DNA of 64,000 bases from Chiloscyllium plagiosum. Lineage: Eukaryota. A model generated the notes under the pieces. It had not been told where the DNA came from, did no database searches, and saw only the letters and a program-made list of their open reading frames with translations. The stretch spans positions 8,180,661 through 8,244,660 of the forward strand of contig NC_057741.1 of assembly GCF_004010195.1 (NCBI RefSeq), written 5' to 3'. Below, piece by piece: positions 12,413-24,321 of the stretch. A program made the position numbers and the translations under genes. Every line of letters begins with the position of its first letter. Within the stretch, counting starts at the first letter, position 1.

Positions 12413-13495
12413 CAACTCTATTCTGAAGGGGAAACCCTGCATCTGGGCTGGACACTCTCAGCAGGTTTGGACCTTCTGCACTCATGTGTTGCTGGAAAAG
12501 CGCAGCAGGTCAGGCAGCATCCAGGGAACAGGAGAATCGACGTTTCGGGCATAAGCCCTTCTTCAGGATCTGCAGACCTCACTTTCTCCTTCTGCACTCA
12601 TGTCCACCTGGGTATAACTGCTCAAATCATCCAGCCCAATATCGCCAACAAAGCAGAAACATGCACCCTCCACACTATGGAAGGATGAGACTGCACTTAA
12701 ACATAGTGGAAGGGCGAAGAAAGAATAACATATTTGGGACATAGCTGGCTGGGGTGATACATCATCGCAAATAACCAATGACAGATCATCGCTTCATTCT
12801 TCAAATGTATGTTTTGGTGTCATTTTTTGCCTTTCAGAGCCAGACAAGTCTTCCGAGATATGAAAAGACTGTTCAGACATCCCAACGACTTAGATGAGCG
12901 AAAGTAAGGTAGTAGGGCAAAACAATGCAGAAAGGCTATTCCAGCACTTGGGCTTGAAGAAACTGAAGGGTAGCCATTCATAGCGGAGGGATTAAAATCA
13001 GGAATTAGAGTTAGAAACCAGATTAGGAGGAAATATTGGATTGCAAGGCTGGAGCGAATTATGAAATTGATTATCAGAGAAGAGACTATAAATCAAAATA
13101 ATTGGCCTATGAATGAATGATTAGTGCAAGAGGCTCAGTAGTTATTTGTCCAAGCCAGTAAACATCAATGTGAAACTAGAGTAATCTTTGAAATCAGCCC
13201 TTAAATTAAACATTGCTCAGTTTCTTTGTTCTCGTCACCCAAGCATCACCAATTAATTAGCAATTAGCTGCAGGAGCATGCTAATCTATACCAGAAATGG
13301 TACCAAATGTTGAGCAGATGGAATTTTCATATTCTGTACAACCAAGAGCTTCATAAAACTCTGTGCTTTTTCTTGTTTCAGATAAGGGGCTTTTCTCCTG
13401 AGAATGCAGAGGCTACTAAACTCAAAACCTTCCAATTCAGAAACAACACTCAAGTCAAGTCAAGTGAAGATTCGTCCATCATTGAGAATAACCTG
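12412..13495 (-). pseudogene. EVE fragment: nsp4-like (luminal domain, TM, C-domain) to nsp5 start
   Basis: ILNDGRIF 13466-13489; IGDAWV 13236-13253; hydrophobic SLIINFIIRSSLAIQYFLLIWFL; TFEE 12797-12808; EGACFCF; the frame continues SAEG|PNLLRVSSP across the PLE insertion. Confidence 0.6.
12488..12587. mobile_element. PLE mini-element (family A), inverted and truncated
   Basis: TSD ccttctgcactcatgt at 12472-12487 and 12588-12603; minus-strand CTGAAGA..GAAACGTC. Confidence 0.85.
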
Positions 13496-14255
13496 GTGCT
13501 GCATTTTGGAAAGGCAAATCAGGGTAGGCCCAATACCCTTAATGTAAGTTCCTTTGGAGTGTTACTGAACAAAGAGACTTAGAGGGGTGGTTCATAGTTC
13601 CTTGAAAGTGGAAATGCAGGTAGACAGGGTAGTGAAGAAGACATCTGATATTCTTGCCTTTTTATTGGTCAGCGTATTGGGTATAGGAGGTGGAAGTCAT
13701 GTTGCATCTGTACAGGACATTGGTGAGACCATTGTTGGAATACTGCATGCAGTTCTGGTCTCCCTGCTACAGAAAGGATATTGTGAAACTAGAATGGGTT
13801 CATAAAAGATTTATAATGAAATTGCCAAGGTTGGAGGGTTTGAGCTATGGGGAGGGGCTGAATAGACTGAGGCTATTTGCCCAGAGTATCAGAGGCTGAG
13901 GGGTGACCTTATGGAGGTTTCTAAAATCATGAGGGGCATGGATAGGGTAAATACACAAGATATTTTCCCCAGGGTGGGGGGAGTCCAAAGCTAGAGCGCA
14001 TATTAAAAGGTGAGGGCGGAAAGATTTAAAAGGGGCAACCTTTTCACAGAGGGTGGAATATATATGTAATGAGCTGCCAGAGGAAGTGGTGGAGGCTGGT
14101 ACAATTACAGCATTTAAAAGGCATTTGGATGGGTATATGAATAGGAAGGGTTTAGAGGGATAAGAGCAAAATGCTGGCAAATGGGACTAGATTAATTTAG
14201 GATATCTGGTCAGCATTGACGAGTTGTTTCCATGCTTTACATCTCTGTCACTCTC
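13496..14255 (+). mobile_element. CR1 LINE 3' fragment
   Basis: LYRTLVRPLLEYCMQFWSP motif plus 3' UTR. Confidence 0.9.
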
Positions 14256-15365
14256 CAATTATCTGAGATGGAATGGATCAAAAAGTTCTGTAAGCTTCCA
14301 TCTCTTCCTACTGCTGCTTCAGTTACTTTTGAAAAACAGTTCCTCCCAGCGCTAGAATGTCCACGCAGAAACCCTCTGTTGCATTAACTATAATAAAGAT
14401 TATGTTTTTGCATTTATGGATTACTTCAGGCTGATTTCTGCTCTTGCCCTCTGGTTAACTTTCAGCTATTCCTTACACTCACTGCACATTCATTGCCACC
14501 TTATGTTCGCACATATCGTAGTCCATTTTCACAGCTGTTGAGTTGTAAGTAAAATCGCAAAAAAACAACCAGGCACCACAAAAACAGCTGACCATTCAAG
14601 GGTGTCTTTAAGATGAGAAAGCAAACAGTTTTGCCATATTTAAATTTTAATCTGTAGGTTTGCTCTGTATTTGGTCACTTCAATAATACAAATAAAATTG
14701 TATAAAGACCTAAATGGGAATTGAAAACCGGACATACAAAACAGGTGGCACAATTTCTGCAATGAAGAGAGGTTCAATAAACATGCTTTCCTTTAGATTA
14801 TTTAATATTATTATATAGAAAGTTGTGAAATCAGATTGCATTTCACAGTTCCTCCCAGCACAAATGACTGCAGTGTCTGTATACATAGAGTATAATTGGG
14901 AATGGTATGAAAAGGGAGGGAGATGCTTTCTGGTGTATTAACCACAGACGTAGGCAGAGGTGGGATACAAAGGCAGAGAAGGCCTGACTATGGGTTGCAG
15001 TTGGTGAGGATTGGGCCTCCAGAATTATGACAGCAATTGTGACCAGCTCTTTAACGACTTAAAAACAAAATCAGAAATTGCTGGAAAAGCTCATCAGGTC
15101 TGGCAACATCTGTGTAAAGAAAGTAGGGTTAATGTTTTGGGTCCAATGACCCTTCTTCAGAAATATTCCTTCCCTGAGATTTTTTTTTCCCAGAACTTTC
15201 TGATTTTGTTTCTGATTTCCAGCATTCGCAGTTCTTTTGCTTTTTTACCTTTAAGGACATGGCTTGTTGTGAAATTAATTATCTCACCTGGGTAGTTTTC
15301 AGTATTGTTTTGTCTGAAAAGGAATTTAAAGCATTTCCCTGAGGCAAGATTGGAGACAGAAGGGA
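14256..15365 (-). pseudogene. EVE fragment (nsp3/nsp4 region by position), split by PLE 15059-15248
   Basis: Frame SHVLK|ELVTIAVIIL is restored at TSD ctttaa(c/g)gac (15049-15058 and 15249-15258); further 70-codon open stretches. Confidence 0.5.
15059..15248. mobile_element. Degenerate palindromic PLE mini-element (family C)
   Basis: Inverted aaacaaaatcagaaa/tttctgattttgttt; 10-bp TSD with one mismatch. Confidence 0.65.
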
Positions 15366-15697
15366 ACATTTAATCTCACAGGAGGATGCCATTGGGAACA
15401 ATACCATCTCCTCACTATTTTCTTGATAAAGTCCAGGCAGGAAGTATCACAGATTGTGTTACCATTGCAAACCAACTGAGGGCCTGAGATGTGGACAGCA
15501 TGTCCATCCACAGGATCCTTAATCCCAGTGTAGGCCCACTACTGGCCGGTTAAGATCCTGAGAGGGAATTAATATAGTTGGTCTTCCCAAAACAAAGGTG
15601 ATGAGATGCTCAACTCTCCCACTCTGCACTGGGAGTAAAGGTCCCTGTAACAGAGTTTAAATCCTGCCCAGTGAATCTATTGTTTATATTTTTGTAT

Positions 15698-18600
15698 TGT
15701 TAAGAAGATGCTTCCCTTGTCGGGTATTCACCATCTCTCCCAACCTTCTGTATTCAGTAAAGGTTAATGAATTTTGGGCACGACATGACGTCAAACTCTT
15801 CTCCCCTCGTCTTCTCCTCCATGTCCATTTTCTTTGGACATGAGTCCTGTCCCTGTCCCACAGACCCCTTTGCCCAGATCTAACATTCTCCCTCCACCTG
15901 GACCCCTCTCTCTGGCCTTTTATTTGCACTCAATCTGTTCACTGAGAACTGTTGACATGACATTGGGTGCCTCAACTTCTCTGACCCCCTCACCCAATCC
16001 AACCTATCTCCCTCCAATCTGACTGCACTCCGTGTGCTTAGATCCAACCCTGACTTTGTTATGAAGCCTGCTGATATGGGTGGTGCTGTTGTAGTCTGGT
16101 GGACTAACCTCTGCATTGCAGAGGCTGAGCGCCAACTCTCAGATACTTCCTCCTATTCCCCCGGACCATGACCCCACCATGGCACATCTGGACATTGTAT
16201 AAACTATGATCACTGACCTCAATACATCTGGGGATCTCCTCTGCACTGCCTCCAAGCTGATAGCCACCCAGCCCCACACAGCTCATTTCTACCTCCTTCT
16301 GAAAATTCACAACTTGGACTGCCTGGGAAGACCCATTGAATCTGCCTGCTCCTGTCCCACAGAACTCATCTCTTCCTACCTTGACTCAGTCTTTTCTCCT
16401 TTGGTCCAGTCCCTGCCCACTTACATCCATGATTCCTCTGACACTTTACACCAGTTTTGGAATTTCCAGTTCCCAGGCTCCAGTTGTCTCCTGTTTACCA
16501 TGGATGTGCAATCCCTTTACACGGCCCTCCCTCACCAGGATGGTCTTGAGGCTCTCTGTGTCTTCCTGGAGCAAAAGCCTGAACTTTCCCTCCCCACCAC
16601 CACCCTCCTCTACGTGGCTGAGCCTGTCTTCACTCTGAACAACTTATCTTTTAATTCCTCTCATTTTCTTCAGCTCAGAGGGGTTGCCATGGGTACAGTC
16701 AAGGGCCCCAGTTAAGCCTCTCTCTTCATGGGGAATGTGGAACATTCATTGTTCCAGTTCTATTCCAAACCCCGCCCATAAATTGTTCTCCGATATGTCA
16801 ATAATATCAAAGGTGATGTTACCCTCTCTCATCTGGAACTAGAAAAGTTCATTGATTTCTCTTCCAATTTCCATCTCACACTCTCTTCTAACTGGTCTAT
16901 CTCTGACTCCTCTCTTCCCTTTCCTGACATCTCTGTTTCATCTTCTGTGGATAAACTGGCTACTAATATCCATTTTAAACCCCCAACTCCCATAGCTACC
17001 TGACTATATATCCTTGTTTCCTGCTTCCTGCTTCCTGTAAAAACTCCGTTCTATTCTCTTAGTTCCTCTGTCCCTGTCACATATGTTCTGATGAGGCCAA
17101 ATTCAACAAGTGAGCCTCCAAAATGTCCATCTTATTCCTCAGCCAAGGATTCCCCAGCACCTTTGTTGACAGGACTTTCAACCGGGTCCAATCCATCTTC
17201 CACGCTTCCACCCTAACTCACTCTCTTCCTTCCTGCAACAGCAATAGGGCTCTCCTTGCCCTTACCTACCATCCCACCAGCATCCACATCCACAAAGTCA
17301 TTAGCTGCCATTTCCACCACCTCCAGTGAGATGCCACCACCAGACACATATTTCCCCTCCCCACCCTTGTCTGCCTTCCACAGGGACCATTTCACCCAGG
17401 TCACCCTTGTCCACTTTTACTTCACTCCCAACACCCCTCCGCAGGCCCATGGCACCTTCCCCCAAAAATGCCGAAGGTGTAACATCTGCCCATTTACCTC
17501 CTCCCTCCTCAGTAGCTAAGGGCCCAAACATACCTTCCAGGTGAAGCAGCTCTTTACCTGCACTTCCCACAATCTAGTCTACTGCATTTGCTGCTCACAA
17601 TATGGTCTCTTCTACATTGGGGAAACAAAGCGTAGATTGCAGAACACCTACTTTTTGCCCACAGAAATGACTCTGAGCTTCCAGTTGCCTGTAACTTTAA
17701 CATACCACCATGCTCCCTAACCAACATCTCTGTCTCAGGCATGCTGCAGTGCTCCGGCAATGCTCAGCACAAGCTGGAAGAACAACACCTCATTTTCCGC
17801 TTGGGGACCCTATATACCTCCAAACTCAATGTCGAGTTCAATAACCTTAGGGCCTGAACTCTCCCATATACTAGCCCCAAACTCCATACAACTGCTAACA
17901 ATCTCCATTAACAGGTGTTCACTCTCCTAGCCAGATCATTATCTACTCCTTTGTCTGACCAACCAATCTTCTCTTTCTTTGGGCTGTATCCCCACCTATC
18001 CTTTACTCGTTACCCCCTTCCGCCACCCTGTCTTCTGCACATAAACTAACAGTTTTCCGAGTGACCATCAGTTCTGAGGAAGGGTCACCAGACCTGAAAT
18101 GTTAAGTCTGAATTCTCTTTACAGATGCTGCCAGACCTGCTGAGCAACACCTGTTTTTGCTTCCATCATTAGTAAAGTTTTGAGGACTTGTATTTAAAAG
18201 ATAGAAAAAATTAGCTAATTTAAAAGGCTGTAAGATGTCTGAAAGATGATTACTGGAAAGATACTTTGGATTATTTGAAAACTTGCTGAAAGAAAAATTA
18301 AGCTAAGTGAACAGCTGGAGTCTTATAGATTGTGGGAAGTTATGTGTCTGGGTTTATGGTTGTAAAGAAGTTTGAGTTTTTTTAGATCATTCGGAAAGGT
18401 CAGTTTAGGTACAGCCTGCTAAGAGAGAAACCACTCAACTTATCTTTTTTAACCTTTGTAACCTATTGAAAATCCAGTGTGAGAAATGAAAAATACCTAA
18501 TGCAGCAATTCTGCTGAGAAGCTTCTGGAAGATATTCTCCAAATCTGTTGAATGAACAATTTCTGAAAAGATCTTAGCGATAACTGCAGATGGCTAATTA

Positions 18601-19030
18601 CACCAATCTATGTGCACCAGGACTCCAGAGTAAAAACCATCTGGAACATTTCATATCTTATCCTTCTTTAAGAAATATTTGGCCAAAGCAGGTTTTTTTA
18701 AAATCAAATTCTCTGCAGGGAAAGTATTTTATTTAGTGTGTATGTGAACATATCTGTATTAGGTTATATAGAAAGGTTAATTTCTTTTCTTTCCTATTTC
18801 AAACTGTGTTAATCAGCTTTACATGTTTGTTGAGCAAATCTTGTTTTTATAATAAATCTGTCTTTTTGATGTTTATTAAACAAAACCCTGTCTACAGAAC
18901 TTCATTGTACACTGAGACTGATAGTACCATATAATTGGCCATACCAGTAAGTGAGTAAAACAGTTCATTAAATGTTGTGACGAGTGGAACTTGAGAAAGA
19001 TAGTGCACTCCTCCAAGCTCAGTCCTATCA
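15698..19030 (+). mobile_element. Putative solo LTR (Gypsy-like), interrupted by the PLE
   Basis: TG...CA ends with GTAT at 15694-15697 and 19031-19034; AATAAA at ~18851. Confidence 0.5.
15716..18157 (+). mobile_element. Penelope-like element (Neptune-type), 5'-truncated and decayed RT plus GIY-YIG
   Basis: GRPI..C, LFTMDVQSLY, QLRGVAMG, Cys linker CRRCNIC, LVYCI..YIGETK; hammerhead-like core ~18074-18104; tgcttcc at both junctions. Confidence 0.9.
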
Positions 19031-19189
19031 GTATCCTGAATGGAAAACGGCTATTAAACACAGACGTGCCTGACCTAATTTCATGTAAGTTAATTCTCAT
19101 TAAATCTTTTAACAAATTGTCGCTCCACATAAAAAGTCATGTTATCATTCTACTTCCTGGAAAAATCAACAAACGAGAGAACTGTAGGT

Positions 19190-20448
19190 AATTTAGAAGT
19201 TCTTCTGTGAAGACGTTTTTCCTGATCCCTTGTAGGAACTCGGAATCACTGAGTATTGTCGAGAAATAGTTTATGCCAGCCTCATTATGCCATTAATATT
19301 TCAATTTCCAGGAAACCATCTAGTGCCTCTTTGAAGGCTTGTAAACAGTGACTTTACCTCCTGCAGAATCTGGCTATGTAGTTGCCAATCAGAGGCTTGT
19401 TGCCAAGTAATTATCCTCCTCAGTTGTGAAGCCATTGTCTCCATGATTTCTGCTTTTATTCCAGAGGAAAGCAAGTTCTGGTGAGCTCCAGTGAACATAG
19501 AGACTGATTTTCCATTGGCAGACTGTCGTATTGGAAGCACAGATGGGAGTTGAGCCAATGGAACCCCATTATCACATTCCAAAGGAATTGTCTGGGAACT
19601 CTAATTTTCCTTTGAGCAGTTCCTTTCCACCTGGAGACCCTTCCTTAAGTATCCATAAAATGAATGGATCTGATAACATTAAGTAAAATATTTACTCAGG
19701 AAAAGTTAGACAATTAAATTCATACTTTAACTCTTAATTAATTTAGACAGAACTCACACTTGCCTTACTTATAATGCCCAAATCCTGTTAAAATCCCAGA
19801 TCCTGACACATCTTGGGGATGCACATGTTCCCAGCGAGCCCCGGCCCCGTGGGACCTGATTAACCAACTCATGCTCCAACCACCCTGCTAGCCTGGGGCT
19901 CAACTTCCCACACCCCAGGAGCCAACACGATCCACACCCAAACTATACCCCTAATCCTCAACCAGTCCCTGTTAAATGCTGGACCAAACCTCCAAGATCT
20001 TCACTGGACTGACCCAAACCCTAAACCCACTCTACTGCTATGACTCTAAATATATACCTGCCCTCTTGTCACCTTGCACCTGGCACCATACACTCTCCTC
20101 TGTTGGTACTATATTAAGTTGGCATCCTACTCACTTGGCACCCGACTTAGCTGGTCCCCAACCCCCTACCCATTTGCAACTAGTGCTTCCATTATCCGAA
20201 CATCGCACTTACTTTATGTACGTACCCTTTGATACCAGTATTTGAAGTGGCTAGCCCTGTACTTTTCAGATTACAGCAGCTGACGCTGTGAAAAGGGGAC
20301 AAAATGTCAGACTGGAATTGCACCTCTGCATTCCTGAGGGAGATGTGAGCGGAATCTCTTTTTGGAAATGCAGAGCTCCCTTTTTTTGTGAAAAAGAGCT
20401 GAAGTGGAAATCTGTGAGGGTTTGGCACTCATGAGAAAATCTGCCCCA
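19190..20448. mobile_element. Non-autonomous Harbinger-like/MITE remnant
   Basis: Ends in gaaaatctgccc; similar termini at ~15366-15670 and 47650-48135; interrupts the EVE. Confidence 0.35.
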
Positions 20449-20449
20449 T

Positions 20450-22490
20450 TGTTTTGAAAATTATAGCCATCTTTTTACATCGTCTCCTTGGTTTAAAGCG
20501 TAGTCTTCCTATTTTTGTCCACAGTCCAAAAACAAAAGAAACAAAAAGGTTGGGTTTTTACAATATTAAATAGTTCAATGCAATTAGAACAATCAGGATA
20601 AATCCATCCTTTAGTTTCTTTTCCCAATGTGCGCCTTGATAAACAGGTCCCTGCTCTCCCATTTGCTGTAGCTTGCAAAATTCCACCCAAGGAAGTTCAT
20701 AGTTTAAAGATTGAGAGCAGTTAGATGGAGTTATTCTTCCCCTGTGAGTAGAGTCCAGGACATAGGATGTTTAAGAGGCAAAGCAGAAAACATTTCTTCA
20801 CAAAAATGGGAGTAAACATCTGGGATTTTGGACCCCAAAAAGCTCTTAAAGTTCATTCAATTAAAAATTCCCAAAATGGGATTAATAAATTTTTGTTTGT
20901 TAAGAGATATGGACTAAGAAAGATAAATTAAGTTAATATATAGAGGAATTACCTTTTAATTCCAAATCCAAATTGGCTCAAAATTTTGATTGGTCAATCC
21001 TGTACCTAAATAATATTGTTGACAATGACTGTTTCAGAGACTTGCAGAATCATGGTCTGAGCCTGAAATTACTTAAACTAAGCTAATTTGACAATTGGAC
21101 AAAAGGATGCTATTACAACAGTTCAAATTCAGAGCTGTTCAAATCACACTTTGCAACAGTTAAATCATTCTGAAACAGTTTTCCCTGGTGTGCATTTGGT
21201 GTAATAGTAATTTGTAAATCAACTAGTATGGACATGTGATGACCCAACTCCAGTGGGACTTGTGTTCAGATTCTCTTCTCCAGCAATAGCACTGGACCAG
21301 ACAGCCCCTTCATATTTTGTGCATTAGCTGTTTTCAATTAACCTGTTCAAATATGTTACGTCATACATCTGGGACAGGTGGGAATTCAAGCCAGGCTTTC
21401 TGGTTCAGAATTAGGGACACTACCCCTGTGCTCCAGGAGTCCACATTTAGTGAAAGGACTGGTGTAGCAAAATGAATTAACCCAAGATCAGCCAGTTGTG
21501 TTGTGCAGGGTACAATGGGCTGAAGCCTGTGATATAAAACCAAGAGAAGGCTTGTTCATGTTGTGCTGGTGTGATATTCCATCATGCCTGTCAGCAATCA
21601 ATACACCCTTTGACATCAGTGAACTAGCATTAATATATGGAAAGAATGGTGAGACTAATCCATGTCGGTAATATGACTGTGTTCCATATTCTTAATCCCA
21701 AAATTGCAGTAGACCTAACTTAAAAACAGGTGACAAGGATTGTACTTTAATTGACTGTCCATGACTGTGTTTGAAGGTTGTCTATTTCTCTGTTGTTATG
21801 ACCTTGAATTATGGCTTCTTCCTTCTGCATATACCATCAGTGTTCACGTTATTAATGAGAGTGGCAGCTGTCAGAACTCAGCAAAGTATGCCTGAGACAG
21901 AACAATGCCTGTAGTCCTGTGTTTTGAACATTTCTGCTGGCAATAACTCCTGGGTACATTTTTCACAACCTGATCATGCGACAGTCCTTGTCCATTTTTG
22001 TAAGAAATATCTTACAAATGTATTCATTTGGAACCTGTCCTAACTTATAGCCTAGATAAGGCTGGAGAAATTCCTCTTAATGAATGTCAAGGGCATGATC
22101 CTTCAATACTTCTTTGGCAAAACCATTTATTTTGAATGCTGAAAATAATGACGCAGATCATATAATGATGTGTCACTGCAATAGGAACATTTCCCTGTGT
22201 TACTTGAATGTCATAGATCTCCCTGTCACTGGTGACTGGGCTGCTTCTTTAAAAAAGTGGAATACTGCAAATACTTTAAAAACATAAACCATTATTTTCT
22301 GCCTTGATTTCATTTTTTTAAAAAGATGCACTATTATTCTGGTTTATGAGCAGAATGTATTCAATATTATCAACCATCAATACAAATAGTAATTTAATAT
22401 TTAAAATGGAATATACTAATTACTTTGTGACTATCTTCATATTACATAATACTGTAGATATGTTTTCCATAAAGTACAAGTTTGTCATCT
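20450..22490 (-). pseudogene. EVE fragments: papain-like protease region and nsp3 TM-like segment (CR1 remnant ~20730-20940 and SINE head ~21325-21445 inserted)
   Basis: EIKAENNGLCF*SIC 22279-22308; AFKINGFAKEVLKDH...; YELPWVEFCKL...GFILIVLIALNYLIL (~85 codons, 1 stop). Confidence 0.5.
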
Positions 22491-23344
22491 GTGTGATGGT
22501 GACATAGTAGACACATAATTTGGAGAACTGGCTGAATATCCAGTCATGGATTCAAATCCACCCACAGCAGCTGGTGAAGCTTAAATTCAATTAGTTAACT
22601 TTTTTAAAAAATCTTGGTTTCAGATGCTAGTGAAACTATCATTGACTGTCTTGAAACAAAATGTTTCCTTACATCCAGTGGGGAAGGAAATCACTCGTCT
22701 TTACCAGATCTAGCCTCTAGGGAACTCCAAATGTGGTTGATTTCAAACTATGATCTAAATAAGCGTAGGAAGTCACTCAGTTGTATAGAAACCCCTACAG
22801 AAAATAATAAAATGAATAAAACCAGATGGATCCACTGGTAAGCTTCCTTGAGTAGCAGTACCATGGACTAATCTTCATGAAATGGACGGTTGGGTTTAAT
22901 AAGGCAGCTCAGTATCACAAGGGCAACAAATGCTGAACTTTCACTGATTTGGCATGAGGAAATCTTTTAAAAGTGGGTCAGCTATTCACACTTCCACATT
23001 GTCAGCATTGTAACCTCTGCTGCCAGCTTGCTTGTGGATTTTTGTGAATGGAGTGCTTCACTTCTTTGGTCTAACTTGTAGAGGTCTTGAGAGTTCCTAG
23101 TGGTTAATGCAAGTGTGAGTTTGTGTACTACATGTTGTGAATTGAAACAGAAATATTTACCAGAACAACTCCTGCTCTTTGTTCATCAGTGCCATTTACA
23201 CACACCAGAACAGTCACATGCAGCTTTGATTTTGAACAATGCAGTGCTTCTTCAATATTGGAGTTTGCATTTGACTGAACCTTGAATTCATAATCTTCGT
23301 ATGCAGTTATTGGAACCTACTCAAATGGGGGAAGGCTTGAGATG

Positions 23345-23632
23345 CTCAAGGACAATCGGTAGGCTATTTCAGACTGAAATGAAGGGAAAGTTCTTCACTC
23401 AGAGGATGGTGAACTTATAGAATTCCTTATCACAGAAGGCAGTGGAGGTGAATTATTGGCCATATTTAGGGAAAAAATAGATAGATTTCTAAAGGCTAAA
23501 GGCAGCTAGAGGAACAGAACCCATGGGGAATATGGTGTTGAGACAGGGGCTAAACCATGATAATGTAGAATGGAAAAATGAGTTAGTAGGCCGATGGCCT
23601 ACTCCTTCGGCTTTCTTCGTTCCTATGGTTCT
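23345..23632 (+). mobile_element. Old CR1 3' end
   Basis: ttcttcactcagagg..., ttcctatggttcta tail. Confidence 0.65.
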
Positions 23633-23710
23633 ACATTCTATTTAAACTTCAAGACTGGTAGGTCTTCGGCTGCTGGACTGTGGATCTCTGTTGACTCTAA
23701 TTGTGCAGAG

Positions 23711-23971
23711 CTGAAAATGTGTTGCTGGAAAAGCGCAGCAGGTCAGGCAGCATCCAGGGAACAGGAGAATCGACGTTTCGGGTATAAGCCCTTCTTCAGG
23801 AATGACATTCCTGAATGACTGACCTTCTTCAGGAAGGTCAGTCATTCCTGAAGAAGGGCTTATGCCCGAAACGTCGATTCTCCTGTTCCCTGGATGCTAC
23901 CTGACCTGCTGCGCTTTTCCAGCAACACATTTTCAGCTCTGATCTCCAGCATCTGCAGACCTCACTTTCTC
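23711..23971. mobile_element. Palindromic PLE mini-element (family A)
   Basis: ~100-bp inverted arms 23706-23806 and 23841-23941, nested central hairpin, TSD ctctaattgtgcagag at 23695-23710 and 23972-23987. Confidence 0.9.
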
Positions 23972-24321
23972 CTCTAATTGTGCAGAGTCCACTGGAAGAT
24001 CTTTTATCGCTAATTGCAGAAGATGTCATTCCTGTAAACACAATGGTTCATCCATCACATTATCTGAAGTACCATTCATCTCCTGAATTCCTTATCTTGA
24101 TGAACTCCTCTTTACTTACTTAGGTAGATGTCCATTGTGGAAAATGGTTGCTCCATCGAAACAAGTGTACTTTCTTTCTTATCGTATCTTGGGATTTCAG
24201 ACCAGGCAATTTCCTCTTCCTGACTATGCCCTAAATCTGCGGCAGTTCATCTGGCTCCCATGAAATCACCTTCACTTCATTTCCATGTTGATCAAGAATA
24301 CAAGCTCTTTGCTTCAATCTA

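Noticed and set aside
12838-12903. Plus-strand 66-bp exon (ttttttgcctttcag|...|gtaagg) encoding ARQVFRDMKRLFRHPNDLDER
   Set aside because: It lies antisense to the long nsp4-like frame, has no recognisable protein match and no convincing partner exons.
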